Shown: piece by piece, positions 36,544 through 45,347 of the stretch
Position numbering within the stretch: the first letter of the stretch is position 1
How the letters are laid out: each line of letters opens with the position of its first letter
Virus record (IMG/VR): IMGVR_UViG_2639763012_000002
Coordinates: 29,914-93,913 of that record
Strand: one strand, 5' to 3'
Source: a virus
Taxonomy: Duplodnaviria > Caudoviricetes
DNA: 64,000 bases
Notes under the pieces: model-generated
Told to the model about the DNA's origin: nothing
The model's database searches: none
The model's input: only the letters and a program-made list of their open reading frames with translations
Position numbers and translations under genes: made by a program

Positions 36544-36658
36544 TCCAAGTTCCGGGTTGGCCACCTGTGGTGGCTTGCACTGAATCCCCGCGTGCGCGGG
36601 GATGCCCCGATGAGGATGCCGTGGACACCACGGCCCCTGCATACGCGGGGAGAGATCA
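36519..36658 (+). CRISPR. Second degenerate type I-E mini-array, 3 repeats, spacers 33 and 20 bp; first repeat overlaps cas6e 3' end
   Basis: R4 36519-36547 CCTCTCCCCGCTACCGCGGGGTTGATCCA; R5 36581-36609 TGAATCCCCGCGTGCGCGGGGATGCCCCG; R6 36630-36658 ACGGCCCCTGCATACGCGGGGAGAGATCA. Confidence 0.75.
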
Positions 36659-36687
36659 ACGAGACCCCGGCCACGCCGGGGTCTCGT
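36659..36687 (+). terminator. Hairpin closing the array/cas6e unit
   Basis: ACGAGACCCCGGC-CAC-GCCGGGGTCTCGT. Confidence 0.65.
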
Positions 36688-36722
36688 CGTGTCCCGCTCG
36701 GTCGGCTGGGCACAATGCCGAG

Positions 36723-37439
36723 GTGACGATCAACACCATCCCCGGCCGCACCCTGTCCGCCTCCGTGCTCGCCACGGTCCTCACCCTGACCGCCGTGGCA
36801 TGCACGGAAGCTGACGACGCGGCAGCCGACACCAGTACCAGCGGCAGCCCCAGCGCGCCGGCCGACGACGCCAACCCGCCAGCCGACGACGGTTCCGACG
36901 CGGGCGGCACCGAGGCCGGGGACGCGCTCGCCCTACTCGCCGAGCTGGAGGTCGCTGCCGAGGACCGCACCGGCTACGACCGTGACCTGTTCGACCATTG
37001 GTCCAGCCAGGGCAACAACTGCAACACCCGCGAGGCCGTCCTCGCCCGCGACGGCCAGGACGTCGAGACCGACGACCAGTGCCGCGCCACCGCCGGCACC
37101 TGGGAGTCCGTCTACGACGGAGAGACCTGGACGGACGCCGCCGACCTCGACATCGACCACGTCGTGCCGCTCGCCGAGGCATGGGACTCCGGCGCCGACA
37201 CCTGGACCGACGAAGAGCGGGAGGCGTTCGCCAACGACCTCGACGGGCCGCAGCTGCTGGCCGTCACCAGCAGCGTCAACCGCGCCAAGGGCGACAAAGA
37301 CCCTGCCGAATGGATGCCGCCGCTGGAGTCGTACCACTGCACCTACGCCGCGGACTGGATCCAGGTGAAGCACGACTACGGCCTGGCCGTCGACCAGGAC
37401 GAGCACGACGCCCTGACCGGCATCCTGGAGAGCTGCTGA
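36723..37439 (+). CDS. Secreted lipoprotein HNH endonuclease (DUF1524-like)
   Basis: Lipobox LTAVAC; GYDRDLF.HW, CNTRE.VL.RDG, DIDHVVPLAEAW.SGA, NRAKGDKDPAEW. Confidence 0.9.
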   Translation: MTINTIPGRTLSASVLATVLTLTAVACTEADDAAADTSTSGSPSAPADDANPPADDGSDAGGTEAGDALALLAELEVAAEDRTGYDRDLFDHWSSQGNNCNTREAVLARDGQDVETDDQCRATAGTWESVYDGETWTDAADLDIDHVVPLAEAWDSGADTWTDEEREAFANDLDGPQLLAVTSSVNRAKGDKDPAEWMPPLESYHCTYAADWIQVKHDYGLAVDQDEHDALTGILESC

Positions 37440-37588
37440 ACCCGATAGCCTGACGGGACGGCAGGGCATGCACGCCAAGCCGCCGCCACCCGGGCGTCCA
37501 CAGTGGTGGCCGGCGGCCGAGGCCCACGGGGCCCATGCGAGAGCGCCCCTACACCAGCTCGGTGTGGGGGCGCTCTGCTGAGCGGGGG

Positions 37589-38236
37589 TCAGACATCCAG
37601 GCTGGCGATCCTCACCGCATCCACCAGGTGCGGGGTGGCGGCCAGAGCGAGCTCGGCGCCAGCGGACGGATCGGTTGGAGCCCGGCCCGCAGCCTCCTGG
37701 AGAGCGATACAGGCCGAGGCAGTGTGCTGCACGATCGCGCCAGCCAGCAGCTCGGCCACCGGAACCTCGAACTCGGCAGCAACAGTTCGGACACGTCCGG
37801 GGGTGACCTCCTCGCCCAGGAGCGCATCGATCGCCCCAGCCGGCGCCAGAGCTGCCCCCTGCTGGGCCGTCATCTCCGGCACCGCCGGCCGCGCCACCGG
37901 CTCGGCAGCGGTGTCCGGCTCCATGTCGAGCAGCTGCTCGACCTCAGCGAGTACCGCCCGTTCCCGGGCCGCACGCTGGCTGTCGGCCTCCTCGCTGCGC
38001 GAGATGGCAGCCCATTGGTCGCGGTCCATCTGTGTCGCCCGGTCGAGCCGCGTGGCCGCAGTGATCCCCAACATGTAGATCTCCCGGCCGGAGACGACGA
38101 CCGGCTCACCTCCCGCGCCCGCAACCGTGTTGTAGACCTCGGCTGCGGCATGGCCGATCTCGGCAATGAGTTGGGCGCAGGTGGCGATGAGGTGGGTGTT
38201 CCGGCGGCGGGCGGCCGGCGGGGTGTGCGCGGTCAC
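37589..38236 (-). CDS. Hypothetical protein
   Basis: GTG after GGAG; coding-like. Confidence 0.6.
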   Translation of the reverse strand: MTAHTPPAARRRNTHLIATCAQLIAEIGHAAAEVYNTVAGAGGEPVVVSGREIYMLGITAATRLDRATQMDRDQWAAISRSEEADSQRAARERAVLAEVEQLLDMEPDTAAEPVARPAVPEMTAQQGAALAPAGAIDALLGEEVTPGRVRTVAAEFEVPVAELLAGAIVQHTASACIALQEAAGRAPTDPSAGAELALAATPHLVDAVRIASLDV

Positions 38237-38318
38237 GTCGATCTCCAGGGAGCGGTTGGCGGGTTGATGGTGATGGTCGCTGGTCGGGCCCGGGTGTTGG
38301 GCCCGACCAGGGGCAGGA

Positions 38319-38753
38319 TCACCCGTTCGGGTGTGTGAGGCGGTCGATGAGGCGGGCGCCGGCGGGGGTAATCGCGCTGCTCCAGCGGATACCGGGCCAG
38401 CGCCCCACGATGAGTGGCCATGCCCGGTCGACCAAGCGCTGCCCCCGGTAGGCGGGGGCGACGTATACCCAGCTGACATGCGGTGTCTCGGGCTCAACCG
38501 CGACCGCTCCGGCGAGGGATAGCCCACCTCTGGCCGATGCGGCCGGGAACGGGGTGGGCAGGGCCACGATGGTCTCGGTGCCGGGGCACCGGGCCAGGTA
38601 GGCATGGTCCTGTCCCAGGCCGGTCTCGTCGCAGAACGCCCGACTCAGCTGCTCTACCGCCTCACGGGCAGCCAGGGGCGCGGTGGGGCCGACGATCGGG
38701 TAGGACGCCCAGGGCTGGAGCTGGGCGCCCTCCTCGGGGGTCGGCGGGGTCAT
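38319..38753 (-). CDS. GNAT acetyltransferase-like protein
   Basis: WVYVAPAYRGQRL acetyl-CoA motif A. Confidence 0.7.
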   Translation of the reverse strand: MTPPTPEEGAQLQPWASYPIVGPTAPLAAREAVEQLSRAFCDETGLGQDHAYLARCPGTETIVALPTPFPAASARGGLSLAGAVAVEPETPHVSWVYVAPAYRGQRLVDRAWPLIVGRWPGIRWSSAITPAGARLIDRLTHPNG

Positions 38754-39589
38754 CAGCGGTTCCTCTCCTGATACGACGGCAGTGCGGCGCGTGCGCGGTC
38801 GGCGAGTTGACGGGCGGCGGGCGGGGCGGGGGTGGTGGTGCCGGCGCGCAGCTCAGCGAGGAGCCCAGCGGTGGGGATGATGCGGACGCCGCGCACGGTG
38901 ATACCGCCACCGGCGACCGGAGCGCCGTGCACCACGATGACTGGGGTGACGGTGACGCCGCCGAGGGCGCGGGACACCTCCCGAGCCTCGTACTCGACAG
39001 AGTCCAGCGCGCGCGTCCAGTCCTCGGAGCCCCGGTAGAGGCGGCCCCGGCGGGCGTGCACGGTGCCGGTGCGTGCCGACCAGCGCTTGCTGTCCGGCAT
39101 CCACACCCGGGCGCACGGCGAGATCACCAGGTGGTCGACGTTGGCCCGCCCCCGGGGCAGCGCCCGGTCGTGCAGCACCGTCCAGCCGGCGGGCAGCTGG
39201 CGGAGGATGCCAGCGGTGGCCCGCTCCCCAGCGGCGCCAGCCTCCCAGCGTGCCGCCTGGGCGCGCTGCCGGTCCCCGGCCGCATCCGGCACGCCGAGCG
39301 CGGCGAGGGCCTGGCGGCCGAGGCCGCCGCGCGCGGAACGACGCAGGTGTGCGGCGCGGGCGGCGGCCGAACTCCCGGCGTCGCCGGTGGGGTTCGGGCG
39401 GTGGCGCGGGCCGGGGACGCGGCCGGCCGGGCGCCGGCCACCGGCGGCGGTGCGCCGGCGAACGGGGGAAGCGCCCCGCCGGCCAGGCCGGCGAGGTGGT
39501 CCACCACGGCGGCGGGGCCGCCGGCCGGCCGGGGCGCGGCGGTACAGCCACACCCCGACCGCCACGAGAGCGGCGAGCAGCAGATCCAC
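38753..39589 (-). CDS. NERD nuclease-domain protein
   Basis: GAAGERAT...WTVLHD...ANVDHLVI....V...DSK.W. Confidence 0.88.
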   Translation of the reverse strand: MDLLLAALVAVGVWLYRRAPAGRRPRRRGGPPRRPGRRGASPVRRRTAAGGRRPAGRVPGPRHRPNPTGDAGSSAAARAAHLRRSARGGLGRQALAALGVPDAAGDRQRAQAARWEAGAAGERATAGILRQLPAGWTVLHDRALPRGRANVDHLVISPCARVWMPDSKRWSARTGTVHARRGRLYRGSEDWTRALDSVEYEAREVSRALGGVTVTPVIVVHGAPVAGGGITVRGVRIIPTAGLLAELRAGTTTPAPPAARQLADRARAALPSYQERNR

Positions 39590-39591
39590 GG

Positions 39592-40056
39592 CTACTCCTC
39601 GTCAACGGGGTCGACAACCAGGGTGAACGTGCCGCAGTGATCGGCGGTATCGGTGGCGTGCTCGTCGTGCGCGGCGTAGCACCCTGGGCGGGTGCAGTAC
39701 GCCGAGGGCCCCTCGTCCGGGGCCTCACAGTCGCTCTCCTCGCAGACCGGGCACACCTGCTCGCCCGCCAGCGCGAGAGACACCCTGATCACAGCGTCCT
39801 CATCGCAGCAGGAGCAGCCCACCACCAAAGTCCCGGCCACCCGGGCGCACCTCATCAGTGCGTCCATCAGGGGCTGCCCGGGCTCCACCCGCTCGACATG
39901 GCCGGCAACGGGCAGGCTGGCGTTGGTGGCGGCGATGGCCACGGACTGGCCGTGCGGGTCATGCAGGATCAGGTGGGCGCCGCTGACCGCCGCGCGGGTC
40001 AGCGCGGTCAGCAGGGCGTCAGGATCGTCAGCCGGGGTGCGTAGGGTGATGTGCAT
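39592..40056 (-). CDS. Hypothetical Cys-rich protein
   Basis: RBS; in leftward operon. Confidence 0.55.
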   Translation of the reverse strand: MHITLRTPADDPDALLTALTRAAVSGAHLILHDPHGQSVAIAATNASLPVAGHVERVEPGQPLMDALMRCARVAGTLVVGCSCCDEDAVIRVSLALAGEQVCPVCEESDCEAPDEGPSAYCTRPGCYAAHDEHATDTADHCGTFTLVVDPVDEE

Positions 40057-40121
40057 GGTGCTCTCTCTGGTGGGGGCCGGCCAGCCCCGGCTCGCAGGGC
40101 CGGCCAGCCAGCGGGGCGTGG

Positions 40122-40580
40122 TCAGGGGCGGGTGTTGGAGGTAAGCGCGGCGACGCGGGCGACGATGCCCTCGGCCGAGTCGGCGCCGACCATGTCGCGC
40201 ACATGCGCCAGCAGGCCCGCGTACCGGGTCACCAGCGCCTCCAGCTCTGCGATGCGCTCGGCCTCGGCCCGCACCCGGCGCAGGTCGGAGCAGACGCGCT
40301 CTCCGATACCGGCGAGCTGCTCGGCGAGCCGCGCCGCCTCGCCCAGATCAGCGACGAGCGGGGCCAGTTCGCGTCCGCCGGCCTGCGGGGTCGGGACGGC
40401 GCCAGCGCCACGCGCCTGTTCGTCCTCCCGCTCCCACCGGGTCTGGTAGCGGGCCAGCGCCCGCCGGAACCCGCGCTCCTCCTCCGTACGCCCGTTGTTC
40501 CGGGCCTGCTCAATCTCCTCCAGCAGGGCGACGCGCACGGCCTCACGGCTGGCAGGCGGGGTGAGTTGGATGGTCTGCAT
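40122..40580 (-). CDS. Hypothetical coiled-coil protein
   Basis: GAGGAG RBS. Confidence 0.6.
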   Translation of the reverse strand: MQTIQLTPPASREAVRVALLEEIEQARNNGRTEEERGFRRALARYQTRWEREDEQARGAGAVPTPQAGGRELAPLVADLGEAARLAEQLAGIGERVCSDLRRVRAEAERIAELEALVTRYAGLLAHVRDMVGADSAEGIVARVAALTSNTRP

Positions 40581-40688
40581 ATGACGTTTCTCCTCAGGGT
40601 GTTGGTGGCCGGCCCCGCCCGGGCGCCGGCCGGTGTGTGGTCAGGGGCGGATGTCGGCGGGTCGGGAAGTCCCGGCCGACCGGCAGGG

Positions 40689-41279
40689 TCAGTGGCTGTA
40701 GGGGCGGCGGTACGCCTCGGGGATGTCCTCCGACGGCGCCTTGGCGAGGGTCGATGCCTGGGCGGCGCTCAGGCCACGCGGGCGGCCGTCGTGCCCGGAC
40801 CAGATACCCAGGGCGGCGCGGGCCGTCGCGGTCCACAGCTCCTCCCGGCTCCCGTACGCCTCCGGGTACACATCGCCCTCCACGTAGGTGACCAGGCCGT
40901 GCAGGTCGCGGTGCGACAGGTGGATGTGAGCGACGACGACGTAGGGCCACAGTCCGAGGTCCCAGCCCTCGGAGCCCCACACGCCAGGCGTTTCCCAGCC
41001 CTCGCCCCTGATGCGGGTCATCCAGTCCCAGCCGTCCTCGCCGGACTCCAGGTCGGGGGTGATGTCGGGCAGTTGGCTGGTGTGCGGCGCGGCCAGCGAG
41101 GTGACCGGCACGGTCTCGTGGGGCAGCAGGCAGACGGGCAGGCCGCCGACCCACAACGCGACGAACGGGCTGTCCTCGTCGGGCTGGCTGGTGCCGGAGA
41201 CCATGCCGGTCTCGCCGTGCAGGGTGACGGTGTCGCCAACGGCGATCTGGTCGGCGCGGAGGGTGCGGGTGGCGTTCAT
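40689..41279 (-). CDS. Hypothetical protein
   Basis: AAGGAG RBS; WG.EGWDLG.WPY...YVEGD. Confidence 0.65.
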   Translation of the reverse strand: MNATRTLRADQIAVGDTVTLHGETGMVSGTSQPDEDSPFVALWVGGLPVCLLPHETVPVTSLAAPHTSQLPDITPDLESGEDGWDWMTRIRGEGWETPGVWGSEGWDLGLWPYVVVAHIHLSHRDLHGLVTYVEGDVYPEAYGSREELWTATARAALGIWSGHDGRPRGLSAAQASTLAKAPSEDIPEAYRRPYSH

Positions 41280-41304
41280 CGGGCGCGGCTCCTTCGAGGG
41301 CTGG

Positions 41305-41667
41305 TCAGTTGGTGCAGCCGCCGGCGGGGCCGGCGCAGGAGTAGAGCGGGTACTGGCAGGGGGCGGGGTGGCGGACGGTGGCCTGCATCGCGGCGTGCAT
41401 CTCCACGGGGTCGGTGATCAGCAGGGCCGGCGCGGGGCGCTCGGCGAGCGAGATGACGGCCAGTGGCCAGTCCGGATGCTGGACCTCGATCGGGTCCGGC
41501 CAGGTCTCGCCGGTGGCGGTGAGTGCGTAGATGCGCTGCCAGGAGGCGGGGCGCGGCCCGCTGGTGGGGGCGGTCTGGACGGAGGTGACGGTGGCTGGGG
41601 CGCCGCCGTCGGTCCGGATGACGTCGCCAGCACGGACGTGGCGGGCCTTGATCCAGGTGTAGGTCAT
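41305..41667 (-). CDS. Hypothetical protein
   Basis: GGAGG RBS before MTYTWIK. Confidence 0.55.
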   Translation of the reverse strand: MTYTWIKARHVRAGDVIRTDGGAPATVTSVQTAPTSGPRPASWQRIYALTATGETWPDPIEVQHPDWPLAVISLAERPAPALLITDPVEMHAAMQATVRHPAPCQYPLYSCAGPAGGCTN

Positions 41668-41988
41668 CTCGGTGCCTCCGTAGACGTGAGAGCGGCGGGT
41701 CAGCCGTAGTAGGCGGGGTCGTAGGGGCCGGTCGGCCCGTCGGTGGCGCAGCTCCCGCAGAGCAGGTCGCCGGTGTCGGGGTCGAGGTCCCAGTCGTGGT
41801 TGTCGCGGGCGGTGTCCGGGCCGCCGGGGGCCGGGGCCCAGCAGCCGGAGCACAGGGCCTCGTCGTCCTCGGCGGGGGCCGCGTCGGCGGTGCTGATGGT
41901 GGTGAGGAGGCCAGCGAGGGCGGGGATGGCGGTGGTGATCAGCACGGCGGGCCTCCTACGGGGCGGGTCTGCGGACGGTGGTGGTCGG

Positions 41989-42423
41989 TCAGGCGGCGAG
42001 GGCGAGCGCGGTGTAGTCGTCGAGCGCGTAGTCGTCGTCGTCGCGGGACAGTTCGCGGGCAATGACCTCGCCGGGGGTGGCCGGCCGCTGCTCGGGGTCG
42101 GCACCGTCCACGGCCACGGTGATGGCCGGGAGCGGGGTGTCGGTGATGTAGCTCATGTGGCGGTGGACGGTGTAGGCGGTGATCCGGTCCAGGCGCCAGG
42201 AGCGCTGCTCGCCGGTCGCGCGGTCGATGATGTGGCCGGCGCCGGTGGTGTGGATGTCGTAGATCTCGATCGTGCGCACCGTCTCAACCAAGCGGCCGGT
42301 GGGGCGGCCGGTCTCATCCCACTCCTGCTTGAGGGCGGTGATGGTGACGGGCTGGTGGCGGTCGGCGGCGCGGAGGAGGTCCGCGAGGGTGCGGGTGGTG
42401 GTCTGGGTGGCGGTGCGCCTCAT
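41989..42423 (-). CDS. Stand-alone WYL domain protein
   Basis: PVTIT...TVRTIEIY...DRATGEQRSWRLDRI. Confidence 0.8.
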   Translation of the reverse strand: MRRTATQTTTRTLADLLRAADRHQPVTITALKQEWDETGRPTGRLVETVRTIEIYDIHTTGAGHIIDRATGEQRSWRLDRITAYTVHRHMSYITDTPLPAITVAVDGADPEQRPATPGEVIARELSRDDDDYALDDYTALALAA

Positions 42424-42460
42424 CGGTCCCCCTGAGGTGTTGTCCCTGTGTGGTGACTCC

Positions 42461-42509
42461 ACCATATAGCCCAACACGTTGGGCTGTCAAGCCCAACGTG
42501 TTGGGCTAT
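42461..42509 (-). promoter_or_regulatory. Promoter TTGACA-18-TATGGT within a 20-bp perfect inverted repeat
   Basis: ATAGCCCAACACGTTGGGCT-GTCA-AGCCCAACGTGTTGGGCTAT (42466-42509); extra GCCCAAC half sites near 42540 and 42568. Confidence 0.85.
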
Positions 42510-42594
42510 CCTGGGTGCCGTGACCCACTCCCCCCAAGGGCCCAACATGCCCACCACGAAACCGATAGCCCAACGCTGTGGGACCATGCCCCGC

Positions 42595-42867
42595 ATGGCC
42601 AGCAGCAGCTACACACCACCTGAGAACGCCGCCGAGGTGTTCGAGCAGTACAGAGACGCCCTCGCAACAGCCCGACGCCTCAAACCTCAGGTACGCAAGC
42701 TCGCCGAGGAGGAGCTGCGCCGTGGCGTGACCGCCGGCCAGCTCGCCCACGCCACCGGCGAGACAGACGAGGTGTACCGACGCATAGCGAGAAGCCTCGG
42801 GATCGACCAAAAGCGCCCCCCCACCCGCACCTCGTTTCCGTCCGGAGAGAGCGGCGGCACCAGCTGA
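42595..42867 (+). CDS. Small HTH repressor
   Basis: GVTAGQLAHATGETDEVYRRIAR; divergent from the operator. Confidence 0.7.
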   Translation: MASSSYTPPENAAEVFEQYRDALATARRLKPQVRKLAEEELRRGVTAGQLAHATGETDEVYRRIARSLGIDQKRPPTRTSFPSGESGGTS

Positions 42868-43616
42868 CCTGCCGAAACTGTCAGTGCCGTGTGCTATTAG
42901 TGGATCGTCCCGGCCGGCCAACCCGCGGATAACCGGCCAACACATCCCCACGACACGGGAGTTCACATGCTCGGCGGACTGATCGTTCACCTGGGTCTGA
43001 TTGTGACTGTCCTCTTCTGACAGTCAGCAGCCCCACACGTCTGTGCCCCCACCAATCATGGGTGGGGGCACAGGTGTTTCCGGGTTCTGCCCGGCGGCCG
43101 GCGCGACGAGCGGCTGTCGGCTCACGCGTCTGCGCTACTGCCGGTTGTAGGCGCGCCTGCTGCCGAGCACCCTCATGACGGTGGAGCCGCGCCACCGGCG
43201 GACGCCGTCGGTGATGTCGTCGGCGGCCGGCCACCGGCCGCGCGGGTCTGCTCCTGCTGGGCCAGATGCTCGGACGGGAGCTGCGGGGTCATCGCGCACC
43301 CCCGGCGGTGTCGATGCCGGCCAGCCAGTCGTCGGTGAGATCCGGACGATGCCGGGCCCACTGGGCGCGCGCCGCCTCGTACCGGGGCGGGTCGTAGTCC
43401 TCGGACCAATTCTCGGCGTGGGTGCGCCAGCTGGCGCGCACGGTCTCGTAGGCGGCGTCGGAGTAGTCGTAGCCCGTCGCCGGATCAATGTCGGCGATGG
43501 CAGTTCCGCGTGCGAGGCACAGCGCCGTGCGCGCGTCCGCGAGGCTGGTCCGCCTGTCGGGTCCGGGCGTCGCCGCTACGGCCATCAGCCGTGCGATGGC
43601 CCGGCGGGTGGCGCGC

Positions 43617-44558
43617 TCAGCCACGGTCGCCACCCCCGGCGGTGTCAGCCTCGTCGGCCATGCTGGCGACCACCCGGGCGGCAGCCGCCCAGACGGCAGA
43701 CTCCAGCCGCTCAGCGTGCAGCAGCAGGCGGGCCTCCGCCTCCCGCAGCACCTCGGCGCGGGTCGTGTCGCCGTGGGGTCCGGCGAGGGCGGTGCGCAGC
43801 GCGGCGGCCTGCTCCGGCTCCAGCTCCAGCGTGTAGGGCTCCAGGTCCTCGTCGGACAGCAGCACCCGCGTCGTGTCGTCGTCGCCGTACTCGATGTCGT
43901 CCAGCCCCCACCGCAGCTGGGGCGGGTCGACCAGGTCGTCCTGCTGCTCCGCCACCACCGCGCGGGCCGCGTCACGCTGGTGCGTCAGGTCCGCGACCTG
44001 GGTGCGCAGCCGCTCCACCTCGGCCAGCAGGGCGGGCACGTCGGCGCGGCTGTGGGCGATGAACCGCCAGTCGGCCTCGGGGTACTCACTGACGTCGTCG
44101 CGACGCTCGCCGTCCGCATAGAGCGCGGAGACGTAGGCGCCGTGGTGGCAGTAGCCGTCTGAGCAGTCGCACAGCTCCGTCTCCAACCGCCACGGCCCCG
44201 GGGTCGCGGCCTCCACGCGGGCGGCGATCTCCGCCAACCGCTCCGGCACACCTACGTGCTCCGTGTGCAGCGCCGTCATCCGCGACCGCCCGCCCCCGAC
44301 GTGCACCAGCACGTCGCCGGACGGCCTCACGTCGCCGCCCATCAGGCGGTGCGCCGCCTCCAGCAACTCCGGCCCGTCGGGACCCACGGCGCTGACACGC
44401 AGCCCCACCGTGCCATCCGGCTGACGCCCCACATCCCAGGAGACGCCCGTCGGGTCGCCCATGTCGGGCAGCAGGTCCAGCAACTCACCCATCACGCGAT
44501 GCAGATCGCGCATTGTCGGGTGCGGGGAGGGTTCGGTCTTGCGGGTAGGCTCGGACAC
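43617..44558 (-). CDS. Ead/Ea22-like phage protein
   Basis: RLAEIAARVEAATPGPW...FIAHSRADVPALLAEVERLR. Confidence 0.7.
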   Translation of the reverse strand: MSEPTRKTEPSPHPTMRDLHRVMGELLDLLPDMGDPTGVSWDVGRQPDGTVGLRVSAVGPDGPELLEAAHRLMGGDVRPSGDVLVHVGGGRSRMTALHTEHVGVPERLAEIAARVEAATPGPWRLETELCDCSDGYCHHGAYVSALYADGERRDDVSEYPEADWRFIAHSRADVPALLAEVERLRTQVADLTHQRDAARAVVAEQQDDLVDPPQLRWGLDDIEYGDDDTTRVLLSDEDLEPYTLELEPEQAAALRTALAGPHGDTTRAEVLREAEARLLLHAERLESAVWAAAARVVASMADEADTAGGGDRG

Positions 44559-44657
44559 GGCCTACTCCTCTCTCGTAGTGGTGCAGGGGATAGGTCAGGC
44601 GCCGCGGCTGCGGCGCCCGGGCCGCTGTGTGGGGCGGCCCTCCGGCGTGGGCGGGGG

Positions 44658-44960
44658 TTAGGCGGCGTGCTGCTCGGCCGCAGTGATGAGGTGGCGCAGC
44701 GCGTGCTCGTCGCTCCCCGTGCGCAGCGGGACGCCGGCCGTCGGCGTCGCCTCGAATCCGGCGATCGTGGTACGGACCTCGCCAAGCCGGCGGCCCGTCT
44801 CGTCATCGACCAGCACGCCCTTCCAGCCCGGCGCCAGCACCAGCCGGCGGCCGGCGACGACCCGGATGGTCGGCATCACCACCACCAACAGGTCGGGGTG
44901 CGGGTCAGGGTCGACCTGCCCGCAGTAGGTGCGGCGGACGCGTGCGGTGAGGTTGGTCAT
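44658..44960 (-). CDS. Hypothetical protein
   Basis: GGAGG RBS downstream of the IR promoter. Confidence 0.6.
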   Translation of the reverse strand: MTNLTARVRRTYCGQVDPDPHPDLLVVVMPTIRVVAGRRLVLAPGWKGVLVDDETGRRLGEVRTTIAGFEATPTAGVPLRTGSDEHALRHLITAAEQHAA

Positions 44961-44992
44961 GGTGATTGGTCCTCCGGCCGATCAATTAACTA

Positions 44993-45028
44993 TGTGGGTA
45001 CACGGTAACGTAAAACCGTGTACCCACA
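44993..45028. promoter_or_regulatory. 14-bp inverted repeat operator between divergent genes
   Basis: TGTGGGTACACGGT-8-ACCGTGTACCCACA. Confidence 0.75.
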
Positions 45029-45069
45029 CAAGCTGGGGTGTGGTCGAACCGTGTGGGAACATGACCGGC

Positions 45070-45339
45070 ATGGCCGACGACGACAAGGACCACACCTTCT
45101 CGACCCGCTTCCGCATCCCACGCCGCATGTGGGCCGCCTACGGCCGCGCCCTCGGGCCCGGCCAGGACCGGACCGCCGACCTCCTCGACCACATCCGAGC
45201 CGTCATCACCACCCGCGGCGACGACCACGACCGCGCCGAGCTGGCCGGCGCAGAAGAGGAGTTGGCCGCGCGCCGCGCACGAAGAGGGGGCAGGCCGCGA
45301 AAAAGCCCGTCGAAACCCCCGCCGGACGCCAGCACCTGA
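45070..45339 (+). CDS. Ribbon-helix-helix-like repressor
   Basis: STRFRIPRRMWAAY...RTADLLDHIR. Confidence 0.65.
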   Translation: MADDDKDHTFSTRFRIPRRMWAAYGRALGPGQDRTADLLDHIRAVITTRGDDHDRAELAGAEEELAARRARRGGRPRKSPSKPPPDAST

Positions 45340-45347
45340 ACGCCGCA

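Noticed and set aside
31473-36658. Complete functional CRISPR-Cas immune system
   Set aside because: No cas3, cas5, cas7, cas1 or cas2 visible; Cas8 and Cas6 belong to different subtypes; repeats are degenerate.
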